Positions 47,514-58,286 are shown, counted from the stretch's first letter. The stretch: DNA of 64,000 nt from a virus (IMGVR_UViG_2706794597_000005:1-64000); one strand, 5' to 3'. Made by a program: numbers and translations. The notes: a model not told the origin generated them from the letters alone.

Positions 47514-50163
47514 GAGTGGTTAGCCCTATAATTGCAGCCAATATTGTTGCTGGGCGAGGTGCCGCTGCCTGTATGCAGATACGTGAGTCCGTATCCCATT
47601 CACCAGGGAACTCAATAGCATCGTTATCGTATGCGTCCCAAATTTTCCCATCAGCAACAAACTCACCACGCTCTTCACGAGGCATGTCATCTAGATAGTT
47701 AAAATCAGGCCCATATTGGATACCCTGAGCGTGCGTATCAGCAAGGATCAACCCAACTCGCTCAACACGCTTTCGCTGAGTTAACGCAGTCCCCATTCCC
47801 GCTGAGTAAGCTAATTTAGTGCTTTTAAATTTAGCTTTATAACCAAGCCCGGCGGTAACATTGCTTTTACCAGATGTAAAAGTAATCTTCCCGTCGGTTA
47901 CTATTAGCTCACCAACATCAAACCCGTCAGCCCAAACAACAACGGAGCGGCCTTCGAGGTGGTTAAGCCCTGATATTTCAGTGATTGGATCGCCTGAGTA
48001 GGATATAAATGAGTCTGCAAGTTTAGATAACTGACCGCCTCGGCACTCGGCCTCTTGTGCCCACTTTTCCAAGCAGCGAACGCCGTTGCGATTAACAACG
48101 TAATAGACCTGATCCTCTATCTTGCCAGGCAATGTAACGACTTCCTCAACGAGTCCATCAGTCTCAAATAGCACCCAACACTTAACATTTTCGTTTCTGT
48201 CAAAAACTTGAACTGCTACAGCGCCATCAGAACGAACGCAATGAATACGCGTGTCAGGCTGCCTCTGGGCATCGATCGCGATGATAGATGGCAGTCCCAT
48301 CTCAGGGCATAAACTCATCATGTCTGCGCTAGCATAGTCATAAATACTTGAGTCGTAATTCAACTCAAACACTCTGGCACCGCTGCGCTGGACAAAGATT
48401 GCACCGCTATCGATTTTTAAAGCTGCAACAGAGTCACTTCCCTGAGTTGATGGATATTTAATGCCGAAGTTAGTAGGTGTCAGTGGCTCATCGAATGATG
48501 ATGACCTAAGTGATGCTTCTGCGCCCTCAGTACCAACAATTAAGCGTAGCAGCGGTACAAGCCAGTTAATTGTGTCAACTGGTCCAGATCCAATAGTCCC
48601 AGATATAGGGCCGGAGTCCCCCTCTGTTTCATCATCAAATGACGAGAATGCATCCGATACACTGCCCCAAAATTTATCCCCGCCTGCCCACCATAGTCGC
48701 CCCTCGTACAGAGCAACCGCGCTAGGCCAGCCTTTTTTGTCTGACCAGTCACCCTCGAACCAAATATCTGTAGAACCTGTCCCGCCGAGTTGACTGAGCA
48801 CAACGGCGCTAACACTTGTTCCAGAGTTAAACTCGATAACCTTAACTATCCCCGTCCGACTACCTCCTGCGAACTGGAGAGAAACACTGATATTCCCGCT
48901 AGTCCAGTTGCCTGTTTTGAATCCAAGGCGATAATAAATAATCTGATTATTAAGGTTGTCGTTATAAGTTGTCGCGCCATTAGTCATGCTGTACGTGGTT
49001 ACATCAACCCATGCACCCGGTTCGCTGACAGATCTTTGAAGTGTTAACGTTCCATTCCAGGGCCCAGACCCTGACTGAGTTAAAATAATAGTGACATTCC
49101 GTGATGCCTCGATACCTGTCACTTTGATGTAATCAGTGAATTGGCCCTCGCCACCAAGTAACGCATTTACTGTTTGCCCGCTTGATTCAAGCCGGAATAG
49201 AGACCCAACATGAGTGGTTCGGAATATTGGTGCTGATGCTGTTAGATTAATCACCCCAGATATCCCACTGGGAGTCAACCTAACGCCCGACACGTTTTCT
49301 ATACCAAACGGGCCATCGGTTGATTCATATGTCACCACTGACCACGAACCGTTGGCCCGGCGCTCAATTCTTCGTTGTTGCTTACCCCGGCAAGCTGCAA
49401 AAATGACATCGCCGCTCTGATCGTAACGGATCATGCCCAAATCAGACTCAGACCATGGCGTAGGCAGCTCAAGAACACCTGCTGCCTCAATAGCGATAGA
49501 GCGAGCGATGACCGGGTAGTCTGTTCTATTCGATATCTGAATATAGAAATTTCCTGTTGGGGTAAAAGTGAGTGAGTTAACCCCTGTGCCAAGGCTTGTT
49601 TCAGTTACATAGTTATCGCTGCCGGAAGATGAACCGACTCTTATCGTTACTGGACCTCTTGCAATATTCACCCTTATAGCGTGCTGTTTGTTTGCATCTG
49701 AACCAGAGACGGTAACTGATTGGCGAATGATGGCAGAGTTAAATCCAGTACCTTGTAATTGCGCGCCAGCGGTTGTCCATTGTGATACAGCGCCGGTCTC
49801 ATCAACGTCAGTCCATCCTGATAGATCAGATGTGAACCCAGAGTTGACTACCGTGGTGGATACAGCAGGCCTTGTCACTAGTGCGTCATTTACCCAAATA
49901 CGCATCACAGAATCAGTAAGCTCAAGCAGCGCACTATCATTAGTGGCAAAGATAAACTTTAGATATTTAGCTTTCTTGTTGCCTTTGGTTTGCCCAATGT
50001 AGCCAGTTCCAGGGCGCAACATCATTGAACCAAGTATTCGCGGCATCCAATTTGTTTGAACTTCAGCAGATAGAGCAATGCGATCAATATCGGTACGCGC
50101 TAAAGCTAGCTTGGATACAATGCCCCGGTTGAAAGCCAGAAGCGGTATGTTATTGCTCGGCAT
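47503..50163 (-). CDS. Tail tubular protein B (nozzle)
   Basis: FNRG.VS..., GWPSAVALYEGRLWW, FVQRSG. Confidence 0.88.
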   Translation of the reverse strand: MPSNNIPLLAFNRGIVSKLALARTDIDRIALSAEVQTNWMPRILGSMMLRPGTGYIGQTKGNKKAKYLKFIFATNDSALLELTDSVMRIWVNDALVTRPAVSTTVVNSGFTSDLSGWTDVDETGAVSQWTTAGAQLQGTGFNSAIIRQSVTVSGSDANKQHAIRVNIARGPVTIRVGSSSGSDNYVTETSLGTGVNSLTFTPTGNFYIQISNRTDYPVIARSIAIEAAGVLELPTPWSESDLGMIRYDQSGDVIFAACRGKQQRRIERRANGSWSVVTYESTDGPFGIENVSGVRLTPSGISGVINLTASAPIFRTTHVGSLFRLESSGQTVNALLGGEGQFTDYIKVTGIEASRNVTIILTQSGSGPWNGTLTLQRSVSEPGAWVDVTTYSMTNGATTYNDNLNNQIIYYRLGFKTGNWTSGNISVSLQFAGGSRTGIVKVIEFNSGTSVSAVVLSQLGGTGSTDIWFEGDWSDKKGWPSAVALYEGRLWWAGGDKFWGSVSDAFSSFDDETEGDSGPISGTIGSGPVDTINWLVPLLRLIVGTEGAEASLRSSSFDEPLTPTNFGIKYPSTQGSDSVAALKIDSGAIFVQRSGARVFELNYDSSIYDYASADMMSLCPEMGLPSIIAIDAQRQPDTRIHCVRSDGAVAVQVFDRNENVKCWVLFETDGLVEEVVTLPGKIEDQVYYVVNRNGVRCLEKWAQEAECRGGQLSKLADSFISYSGDPITEISGLNHLEGRSVVVWADGFDVGELIVTDGKITFTSGKSNVTAGLGYKAKFKSTKLAYSAGMGTALTQRKRVERVGLILADTHAQGIQYGPDFNYLDDMPREERGEFVADGKIWDAYDNDAIEFPGEWDTDSRICIQAAAPRPATILAAIIGLTTHDK

Positions 50164-50174
50164 TTATGCTGCCC

Positions 50175-50789
50175 TCATCCACGTGAATATCTTGCCGATC
50201 CCCCTTGGCGTGATCGAACCCAGCGGCCAGTCGGGAATATTTTAGTTGGTTCTTGAATCGCATCTTTTGTGAGTGCGTCAGTCTTCGCCATTTTGTACTC
50301 GCGCGCCAACCACTCCCTGTCTGAGCCATTTTTAAGGCGCGGTGCTATTTGCGTAGCAAGATAGGCAGCCACGAAGCTGCTAAATGTTTCTGGCCAGAGA
50401 GAAGAATCAAGGCCGAATGACTGGTCGTTTGATACATAGCGAATAAAAATCTCATCTAAGTCGCAGAACCAAAACCCAGCTTCATCTGTGTATTGAATAA
50501 TTGGGCTATTGAAAAACGGGTCTGATGCAAAGGCCACTGTCCGAACGTAATCATCTGGCTTATTGAATGCCCGACGATAACCGAACGGTGGCTCTACTGA
50601 AGGTGAGTAATTGACGCGCACAGAACGGATAGCAAAGTTCCATTGCCCTTGCTCAAGACAATATTTCAATGCTCCGTCCCAGACTGCATCAAGCAATCTA
50701 CGCGGCTCCCTGTTTTCAGTTAGAGATACAAGTTGCCGCTCTCCTACCAGCCGCAACGCATCGTTATAAACATTGAGCTGGTTCGACAT
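50175..50789 (-). CDS. Tail tubular protein A (adaptor)
   Basis: N.AL..VGE, WNFA, PDDYVR, YLA..IAP. Confidence 0.88.
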   Translation of the reverse strand: MSNQLNVYNDALRLVGERQLVSLTENREPRRLLDAVWDGALKYCLEQGQWNFAIRSVRVNYSPSVEPPFGYRRAFNKPDDYVRTVAFASDPFFNSPIIQYTDEAGFWFCDLDEIFIRYVSNDQSFGLDSSLWPETFSSFVAAYLATQIAPRLKNGSDREWLAREYKMAKTDALTKDAIQEPTKIFPTGRWVRSRQGGSARYSRG

Positions 50790-50790
50790 A

Positions 50791-51234
50791 TCACTCTCCT
50801 GATTCGTTCAACTTGTCAGCTTTAGCCTGGGCATCCTCTTTTGTCTCAATGCCGAGTTCAACAATCTCTTTGTCAGAAGTGCGGATGATTCTCCACTTGT
50901 GTTTTCCTGCAAACTCACATGTATATGCTTGCTCTTTTTCAATTGACTTATCAGTTCGTTTGCTAAGTTCCACATATGTAAAGAAATGGATGTGTGCAGA
51001 TACTTTAGTGACCTTGATAACAATACCTTCAGCAAAGAAAGAGCCATCTTCTGCAACAATCTCTACTCGGTCGAATTTGCGTAGCGTATTAGATACATGA
51101 GCCCATGAATCAGGATCTTTGAAGTCTTCGAAAGTTTGTCCGTGCTTGGCGGTAACGCTAAAAACTGTTCGCACATACTCAGATGGCTTGATAAGCGTGG
51201 GTAAAATTTTCATATAAGCCTTTTGAAGGGGCAT
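50791..51234 (-). CDS. Hypothetical virion-cluster protein
   Basis: Co-oriented ORF tightly packed between capsid and tail genes. Confidence 0.7.
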   Translation of the reverse strand: MPLQKAYMKILPTLIKPSEYVRTVFSVTAKHGQTFEDFKDPDSWAHVSNTLRKFDRVEIVAEDGSFFAEGIVIKVTKVSAHIHFFTYVELSKRTDKSIEKEQAYTCEFAGKHKWRIIRTSDKEIVELGIETKEDAQAKADKLNESGE

Positions 51235-51255
51235 TTCTGCCCCTGGTGAAATTAG

Positions 51256-51513
51256 TTAAGCTAAGGCGGTAACGGTCACTGCGCCGGTTGAAGCATTGAT
51301 CGCGGTTACTGATGCAACAGTTAGTACACCTGTGGTATCAACTACTGCATTGACAACATCGCCAAGCTTCATGCCTAGCTTTTTGCCATTAGTGAAGTAA
51401 CCCGCCCCAATAACTGCGGCTCGCGCATCTGCTGAGATGTAAGACCAGATAGCTCCGCCGCCCATGATACGGTCTTGCAGCAACGCGGGTGGGTTAGTGG
51501 TTGAATAAGCCAT
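51256..51513 (-). CDS. Putative capsid decoration protein
   Basis: Small beta-rich protein directly after capsid; AGYF...GM..GD motif. Confidence 0.6.
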   Translation of the reverse strand: MAYSTTNPPALLQDRIMGGGAIWSYISADARAAVIGAGYFTNGKKLGMKLGDVVNAVVDTTGVLTVASVTAINASTGAVTVTALA

Positions 51514-51525
51514 GTTTATCTCCTG

Positions 51526-52359
51526 TTATGCGAATGCAGAACCATCATGGATGATTTTTACAACGCCTTTGTTTTGCAAAAGTTTGCCGCCCATGTATGC
51601 CGTGGCGCGTGCCCATGAATAATCCTGCTCTTCGTCGTAACCGACTGGGGTTTGCAGGCCTTTAATATCCATGCCGTGGCCAATTGCATTGCGGTGATAC
51701 AGGAAGCAGGTCTCGGCGTTTGTGCCTTTACCTGGCAGGTTGGGATGGACGATCCAGTTAACACCAGCCCAAGTGAATGACTTCAATGAGCTATCAGAAA
51801 CAGTGAACGGTTTGTTATTCACGTAATCAACAGAGCCAAACTCTTTGGTCTGCATCAGGTACGCTTCAGCAGCTGGGGTGATCAATGCAAATAACTGGTT
51901 GTCGGCCGGAACCTCGTTATTACCAAGAATAACTTTGGCTTTCATAGCTAAAGCCAGTGACATTACGGCAGTTGCACCGGTTGTTTGCGTTGCTGCCGTC
52001 AATTCACCAATAATGTCTTGGTCAATTTTTCGGTTAAGCACTGCCATGGTGGTGCCTTGCATAATTGCTCGCTGGTCACCTTGGCTTGCAAAGACGTTGT
52101 AGTTCGTCTTGCGAACCAAGTCATGCCATTCAACCAAGGTTGCAATCGGTTGATTCAGGTTATCGCCACGAGCGGGGATCATGCCATTGACGCCACGAGT
52201 GACTGCTTCTGCGCCACCGGAATCAGCAACTAAGAACACAATCTGATTGCCCTTAACAACACCTTCAGTTGTTACAGTCTGCCGAACCAGTGATTGGCTC
52301 TGTTCAAAACCAGCAATAAACTCATTGCGGTACATTGTTTGGAAAGCGGTATTCGCCAT
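51526..52359 (-). CDS. Major capsid protein
   Basis: Follows scaffold; AVLNRKIDQDII, FTWAGVNWIVH, GVVKI. Confidence 0.88.
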   Translation of the reverse strand: MANTAFQTMYRNEFIAGFEQSQSLVRQTVTTEGVVKGNQIVFLVADSGGAEAVTRGVNGMIPARGDNLNQPIATLVEWHDLVRKTNYNVFASQGDQRAIMQGTTMAVLNRKIDQDIIGELTAATQTTGATAVMSLALAMKAKVILGNNEVPADNQLFALITPAAEAYLMQTKEFGSVDYVNNKPFTVSDSSLKSFTWAGVNWIVHPNLPGKGTNAETCFLYHRNAIGHGMDIKGLQTPVGYDEEQDYSWARATAYMGGKLLQNKGVVKIIHDGSAFA

Positions 52360-52496
52360 TTTAATTTCCTCATCGGGTTATATGTCGCTCCGACGGGGTG
52401 TCCTTTCTTCAGGCAATAGTGGGGTGTCCCAAGTGAATGGGGGCCGATTGACTGGGGAATGGGGCCGTTTTACGCGTTGGTGTAAAAGATTGGTTA

Positions 52497-53465
52497 TTAG
52501 GAGTTGAAACGCTCTTTTGCTTCCAGGAGTTGCATATAGCGCTCCTGCATTTTTGTGTCTTTGTTATAAGCAGAACGGTTATCTTTCATAACCTTTTCAA
52601 TCTGCTCAAGTTCTGAATCTACTGCACTGATGTTTGTTGCGCCGGTGACTACAGTCCCAACCGGGTTAACCTTGCGAGCCATGTCAACCATCCAGCGCAT
52701 AATGTCTGGGTTGTTGAATAACGCGGTACCATCAATCGCTCTAGCCCCAGCAAATACATCACGAGCAGCTTCCGGCAACGTAGCAATGACGCCATTCACC
52801 AGATTGATATTTCTCTTGAACTCTGGCCCCCACTCCGCGCGCAGGGCTTCCTCTGTCTGTTCTTGCAGGTCAGCGTTGCGGTCGTAAACCTCTTGCCGCT
52901 CTGTTTCAATCTTGTTCTGGTTCCACTCGATAGCCGCCTGAACAACATCTTTAGAAACATTCTTGCCGTGCATGGTTTCGATAAAAGAGTTAACTCGCTC
53001 CTTATCTTCATCACCAATAATGACCCCAGATGGCATACCGCTCAGGTAATCAGCGGCCTTTTCTGGGACGTCATTCTCCTTGCGCCACGCTGCCAGATCT
53101 TCTGGAGTTGGGTTTTCTGGCAACTTCGCCGCTTTCAGTAATTCACCGGAGCTGACTTTGCTCTGTAGCTCTTTGTGAGCCTTAGCTAACGCTTGAGGTG
53201 ATGCATAGCGCTCCAACTGTTTGCGGTATTTCTGGTCATCACCCGCTAACTTATCGCGCCAGTCTTCAGGGAATTCCGCTACTACTGCCGGAGCAGCTTT
53301 ATCTGGGGCGTTTAACGTACTTGGCTGGGGTGCAGCTTCGCCGGTTGGGGTTGATGGCGTAGCATCAGCCACTTCAGTTACTGGGCCACCACCACCCTCC
53401 CCCCCCTCGGTGTTTAATTCATTACAGTAGCCGCGAAATGGGGATAGATTCATAAAGAGATTCAT
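52497..53465 (-). CDS. Capsid scaffolding protein
   Basis: Acidic Pro/Ala-rich N-terminus, DWR, LRAEWG; between portal and capsid. Confidence 0.8.
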   Translation of the reverse strand: MNLFMNLSPFRGYCNELNTEGGEGGGGPVTEVADATPSTPTGEAAPQPSTLNAPDKAAPAVVAEFPEDWRDKLAGDDQKYRKQLERYASPQALAKAHKELQSKVSSGELLKAAKLPENPTPEDLAAWRKENDVPEKAADYLSGMPSGVIIGDEDKERVNSFIETMHGKNVSKDVVQAAIEWNQNKIETERQEVYDRNADLQEQTEEALRAEWGPEFKRNINLVNGVIATLPEAARDVFAGARAIDGTALFNNPDIMRWMVDMARKVNPVGTVVTGATNISAVDSELEQIEKVMKDNRSAYNKDTKMQERYMQLLEAKERFNS

Positions 53466-53499
53466 GTGTAAGCCTCAATAAAAAACCCGCCGGAGCGGG

Positions 53500-53787
53500 T
53501 TATTTTTTGTTTTTTCTCTGCTTTGATTGTTCAATCACGGCAGCCGGTAAGTTAATTATCTTCACTATGGACGCGCCAATATGCCGCTTACCCTCCGCGA
53601 ATGCCGTGTCTCTATCACTGTTAGGCCGATAACTCAGATCGTAATAACCGGTCAATGTCATCAATTCCTTAGTGATTAGTTTCTGCTGGGCATCCGTTGC
53701 GGTTCCTTCGTGAAGTGCTTTAAGCGCATAAACGAATGGGAGATTGTCAGCCCACGGATAGGGCTCATATGGCGGTGGTATCGTCAT
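53500..53787 (-). CDS. Bbp19-like protein
   Basis: TAFAEGKR.IG motif; follows portal. Confidence 0.7.
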   Translation of the reverse strand: MTIPPPYEPYPWADNLPFVYALKALHEGTATDAQQKLITKELMTLTGYYDLSYRPNSDRDTAFAEGKRHIGASIVKIINLPAAVIEQSKQRKNKK

Positions 53788-55394
53788 CCAATAGCCTCCG
53801 CAGCCTGAGCTGCTGCTGCAACGTTTTGCATCACGCTAGCACCTTGCTGCACATCATCAACGGCCGCCTGAGCTTGTTCTTGCTGCGCTTGTTGCTGAAT
53901 TAACTGGTTAGCGTCATCTTCGCTGCGCATCCATTTAGCTGGCACACCGAATCCATCCATTGCATCACGGAACGCAACACGGATATCCACATCAGCAATA
54001 ACGGTTGGGTCAATCTGCGCGGCAACGCCAAGCATCTGGGCTGCATTCTGGAGTAACCCTTGCTTCTCTTTGCCGATAGCGTCTTGTAATGGACTCTGGA
54101 AAGTGAACTTAACCTCTTGCCCGCGAAGTGATTCCGGTATATCCATCGGAGAGCCGAACGCACCGCCGCGCATGAGAATGTCGAATGACATCTCGCACAG
54201 GTCGCCACTGTATTCATATTCGATTGGCGCAAAGATTGGCAGGGCTTGACGGATATACTCTTGAACGCGCTGACTGACTTCATATGCTGTCATCTCGCGA
54301 ACTGATGGCAACGTTAGCTTATCAAGATAGAACGCTTGAGAAATCATCTCGCGCACATCATCGCGTATGTTTATGCCTGCTGGCAGTGATGTGTTCTTGC
54401 CAAACTCCGCAATCACTTTGCGAATATCAGTATCCATCTCAATATCGGCCCAAGTGATTCCGCCAGCCATCAAGTTGAAGTCATCGCGGAATACTTCACG
54501 GCTGGCTACCATCGGTGGGTCAACCGCTTTCTCGCCAGCTTCAAGCAATACGCGGCTGATTGACTGAATTAGTCGTGCATCAGGCAATGCAACTATGGTC
54601 GCAGGGGAGTAGGCATATTGAGAGCCAGCAACAGTCTGCCATCGCGGTATAACATACATCCGGTGAAATATTGGCACCTCTTCCATGACATGCTGATTCT
54701 CTACGTCAATGTAAACTGAGATATAGGGAGCTGCGTTTTTGTCGCCGTACTCTTCAGATGGCACGACAATGTGACGGCATTCGAATTCCCGGTAAGGCTC
54801 TTTATCAAATGAGACATTTACTTTCGCGTGAACCTTATCCCCAAATGTGGCTTTGAGGTCTCTGGCTGTTGGCTTCCACTTGCGATGTACTGTATCGATA
54901 ATGCCTTCTGAGTTTTCAGCCCAAGCCAAATCACGCAGGTGCCAACAGCGGTAAAGCAATCCGTCTGCATTCTTGTTTAGCTCAACACTGATAGCGCACT
55001 GGCCGAATGCTGCATAGTCATGATCGGCTTCCTTAGTCGCTCGCACAAACTGAGTGCGGCGGTCATACATCGCCTTGAACTGTACATCTCTGGCCCATTC
55101 AAGCCACACTTTAGCCGAGTGATCGTTTGAGTCATCATCGCCAGTGTTCAAATTGAACCACTTATCACGACGAAGCATTGATGCAAATGAGTTACCCAAA
55201 TCACGGCGAGCCATAACCGGGTAAGATGTCATGAGGTGATCTGCAAATTCAGTACCAAGCGAACGGCAAACAGTGAAGTCGGCGCGCTCCGGGTAGAACT
55301 GTTCTGCTATTTCTTGCCACAAATTGAGGATTGGTGACTTTTTGCCGAACAGGTGATCACCCTGTTTAATTAATTGCTGAGCGCGAGCTTCCAT
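53784..55394 (-). CDS. Head-tail connector (portal)
   Basis: WQEIAE..YP, PRW.......Y..SP, MTAYEV..R, F.F.SPL. Confidence 0.92.
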   Translation of the reverse strand: MEARAQQLIKQGDHLFGKKSPILNLWQEIAEQFYPERADFTVCRSLGTEFADHLMTSYPVMARRDLGNSFASMLRRDKWFNLNTGDDDSNDHSAKVWLEWARDVQFKAMYDRRTQFVRATKEADHDYAAFGQCAISVELNKNADGLLYRCWHLRDLAWAENSEGIIDTVHRKWKPTARDLKATFGDKVHAKVNVSFDKEPYREFECRHIVVPSEEYGDKNAAPYISVYIDVENQHVMEEVPIFHRMYVIPRWQTVAGSQYAYSPATIVALPDARLIQSISRVLLEAGEKAVDPPMVASREVFRDDFNLMAGGITWADIEMDTDIRKVIAEFGKNTSLPAGINIRDDVREMISQAFYLDKLTLPSVREMTAYEVSQRVQEYIRQALPIFAPIEYEYSGDLCEMSFDILMRGGAFGSPMDIPESLRGQEVKFTFQSPLQDAIGKEKQGLLQNAAQMLGVAAQIDPTVIADVDIRVAFRDAMDGFGVPAKWMRSEDDANQLIQQQAQQEQAQAAVDDVQQGASVMQNVAAAAQAAEAIG

Positions 55395-55637
55395 TTATCC
55401 ACCTAACTTGTCACTGCCGCCGCTTAAAATTGTGCTGGTTCGCCCGCTTCTCTGTTGCTGCTCCGCTGTCTTGCGTCGCCGGGCGCGGGTGACCGCATCA
55501 GTATCTTCCGTTGGCATTGTTTCATCTGCCGCTGGCTGAATGATTGTTGTATCTGCTGATCCACCGCCAAGGATGTCGCCAACAGGCTTTAAAATTGAAC
55601 TAAGTGCGCTGGAGAAAAACTTCCCAATCCCGCCCAT
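55395..55637 (-). CDS. Small virion-associated protein
   Basis: GRTSTIL...LG C-terminus typical of the gene before portal in these podoviruses. Confidence 0.7.
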   Translation of the reverse strand: MGGIGKFFSSALSSILKPVGDILGGGSADTTIIQPAADETMPTEDTDAVTRARRRKTAEQQQRSGRTSTILSGGSDKLGG

Positions 55638-57235
55638 TACCGTTTCCTCTTAGTTGATGAGTGACCTAAATTAACCTTTGGTGCCACGCCTATCCTGACC
55701 TTGTAGCCACCTCTGACGTTTTCTTGCTTTTCACCATCAGACCAAGCCATCACAACAGCGTCACCGTCATCGGGTGAGCGTCCAAGCCTATTGCATAACT
55801 TGTCTTTTGCTTCGAGATGAATAACGCCGCCGCCAGCGCCACGCTTAACTTCATAAGTTGGGGCAGTTAGGTCAGAGAGAAGTTTTGGATCGTCAGGGAG
55901 AGCAATGTCAGATCCGCCCGGCTGGTCAGGGTTTAATGCCTCCCTGAATTGCCAGTATGCCTGCGTACGAATATTAGAGAATGATAGAAGCTTGTCAGAT
56001 GTTCGCTTGTGTGATGCCTTGATGCCCATATATGACGCAGCATCAACGCCGTTCTCGCGAAGATGTCCGTAAGCATCGCCCCCCCATCCTCCGCCAATAT
56101 CAATAATTACCTTGGCATTGTTGCGACGCTTAGAAATGACAAGTCCCGCCACATCAGAGCCGCCGGGAGTTTCTTTCCCCGGTACAGATTGAGTTTTGTC
56201 GAACCATGAACCATAACGAGCTGCCAACACCGTGTTATCTTTCCCGCCTTGCGCGACGTCGACGCCGATGGCACTCATATCCACACCTATTGGTGGCTGA
56301 GGCTTCCAGCGAGCCATTGCAGCTTTAACCCATGCTGTAGGAATGCACTGGAATGCTTCGTCTTGCAGTGATGCAGCGAAATGTCCATCACGATAAGCAT
56401 CACGCAATTCTTTAGGAAGCGAGTTTAATATTCGCGAATACTCACCGTCTGCTGCTAAATCAGGGTTATCACTTAGCTTTGCAGGGATGAATGTTCGTGA
56501 CTTTGCAAATACCGGTGAGCCATCTGGTGCATTCCCATGAGGGCCTCGTCCATCAACCTCAACTTCTTCATCAACTTCACTCCGAATATACCAGCGCAAT
56601 TCCCCTGGCTTGGCTGGGTTTGGGTGTGAGGGGTCTAACCATGCGCCCCAGCGCTTGATTACCCATAGCCCAGACGCAGAGGTTGGGGGGTTACCAGTAC
56701 AAACAACTCGGCATCTTTGTCCTTTCGTCGTTGACCGGTTCCAAATGGTTATGAACTCATATTGAGATTCTAGAAAGTCGGTAATTTCATCAAAACAAAT
56801 CAGGTCGTGCGGGTCGCCTTTATAGCGTTGCTTGTCCGTTTCAAGTTCGCAGCCACCGAACTGAATAAGTTTCTTTCCTCTTCGCCAAACTAGGTCAGAT
56901 CCGTTCCAACCATCACGACTGCCGTCAAATAGATTCCCAATTAACTCAGCCTCAGCCAGTTTCTTAGCATCTTCGCGAATGCGCCGGAGTATTAACGTGC
57001 GTTCGTGTTGAGTTACAGCCAGCCCGTTAACCAGAGCTGACTTCCCGCCTCCAGCTTGACCGCCGTAGAAAAGCTCATCAGCTTCACAATAATAAGCGTC
57101 AGTCTGGGGGCCGGGATTAGGTATCCATATCTGATCTCCCGTCGCGCTAATTACCTCTTTAGCTACCTGTTCTAAAGATTCAGGCGATAGGCCGGTAAGC
57201 CGATTGAGTACATCGTCGAATGAGATTGCAGACAT
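55637..57235 (-). CDS. Terminase large subunit
   Basis: PNPGPQ, GGQAGGGKS, CFDE, TGNP, GVDVAQGGKD, SPDDGDA. Confidence 0.95.
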   Translation of the reverse strand: MSAISFDDVLNRLTGLSPESLEQVAKEVISATGDQIWIPNPGPQTDAYYCEADELFYGGQAGGGKSALVNGLAVTQHERTLILRRIREDAKKLAEAELIGNLFDGSRDGWNGSDLVWRRGKKLIQFGGCELETDKQRYKGDPHDLICFDEITDFLESQYEFITIWNRSTTKGQRCRVVCTGNPPTSASGLWVIKRWGAWLDPSHPNPAKPGELRWYIRSEVDEEVEVDGRGPHGNAPDGSPVFAKSRTFIPAKLSDNPDLAADGEYSRILNSLPKELRDAYRDGHFAASLQDEAFQCIPTAWVKAAMARWKPQPPIGVDMSAIGVDVAQGGKDNTVLAARYGSWFDKTQSVPGKETPGGSDVAGLVISKRRNNAKVIIDIGGGWGGDAYGHLRENGVDAASYMGIKASHKRTSDKLLSFSNIRTQAYWQFREALNPDQPGGSDIALPDDPKLLSDLTAPTYEVKRGAGGGVIHLEAKDKLCNRLGRSPDDGDAVVMAWSDGEKQENVRGGYKVRIGVAPKVNLGHSSTKRKR

Positions 57236-57256
57236 GGGTACCTCGGTGAGATAAAG

Positions 57257-57643
57257 CTATGCAGTAACGCCAGCGTTTTTATCTGATGCGATAGTCGCGT
57301 TCTGTTTAGCTGCTAATGTAGCGATATCATTTTTAATTGCAGTGAGTGCGGAGTTGACTGATGTCAATGAAGCGGCTGAAGTGTCTGTTGTGGCCGCAGT
57401 CGCTACCGGGACTACCGCTACAGTGTTGCCACCAGACGTACCGCCAGAGGAATCAGTCAACGGGGTAATCGCTGATTGTTGCAATACACCACCACGAACA
57501 GATGCAGTTGGTGCAGGGATGGTTAGCGTGACGCCAACCCCTGCAACAATCTCACCATCCAGAACAAGCGAGCACTTACCGTTTGAATCAGGCGCTGTAA
57601 TGCCCAATCGCTTACCGTGCAATGAAACTAAGATATCAGGCAT
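57257..57643 (-). CDS. Putative head fibre/decoration protein
   Basis: PAPTASVRGGVLQ repeat-type motif, C-terminal short coiled coil. Confidence 0.55.
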   Translation of the reverse strand: MPDILVSLHGKRLGITAPDSNGKCSLVLDGEIVAGVGVTLTIPAPTASVRGGVLQQSAITPLTDSSGGTSGGNTVAVVPVATAATTDTSAASLTSVNSALTAIKNDIATLAAKQNATIASDKNAGVTA

Positions 57644-58286
57644 TTTGTTGCTCCCGCGTTGATTGCGTTAAGATGAATGCAACACGGCGCGCAATGTCCG
57701 TCGTGTTGAGGTCTTTCTTGAGTGGGTCATCAGGGTCTTTCGCTACTTCATCGAGGTTGTACGCTTGACGCTCAAGACTGATTAGGTTTTTCAATGCATC
57801 GCTGAGCGCTTTAACCGACTTGACGCGATCAGGCATACTGATTATTTTCTGATAGATTTCATTCAATCTATCCTGACCTTTATCGTCAGGTTTAAACATC
57901 AGCTCACCCAGCTTTTCTAAAGCAGGAACATCAGCGCACTCGGCACTTAGTTCATCGAATAGCGTATTAGTAATTTCTCTGGCCCGACGAATGTCACCAC
58001 GATGTTCCATGCGGACGCTGGCAATTACCTCAGCGCTAGCTTCAATGAGTACGCGTTCGGTCAGTGTCGTTTCAGTGCGTACCTGTTTGCGTACCTCTTC
58101 TTTGCGTACTAAATCCTCGGCGCGTTCTTTTATCTTTGCAGAGAGGTCACGCGACCAATCATCACGCTTTGCTCGCTTCCTTACTGCACCCTCACTGATA
58201 TTGTGTTGTGAGGCTATTTCACGCAGAGACATCAAGCCGGCTCGGTACGCCGATTCGATGGCCTCCCAATCTGCTGGTTTTGCCAT
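57636..58286 (-). CDS. Terminase small subunit
   Basis: DWEAIESAYRAG..SLREIA..H.ISEGAVRKRAKR..W HTH. Confidence 0.88.
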   Translation of the reverse strand: MAKPADWEAIESAYRAGLMSLREIASQHNISEGAVRKRAKRDDWSRDLSAKIKERAEDLVRKEEVRKQVRTETTLTERVLIEASAEVIASVRMEHRGDIRRAREITNTLFDELSAECADVPALEKLGELMFKPDDKGQDRLNEIYQKIISMPDRVKSVKALSDALKNLISLERQAYNLDEVAKDPDDPLKKDLNTTDIARRVAFILTQSTREQQNA

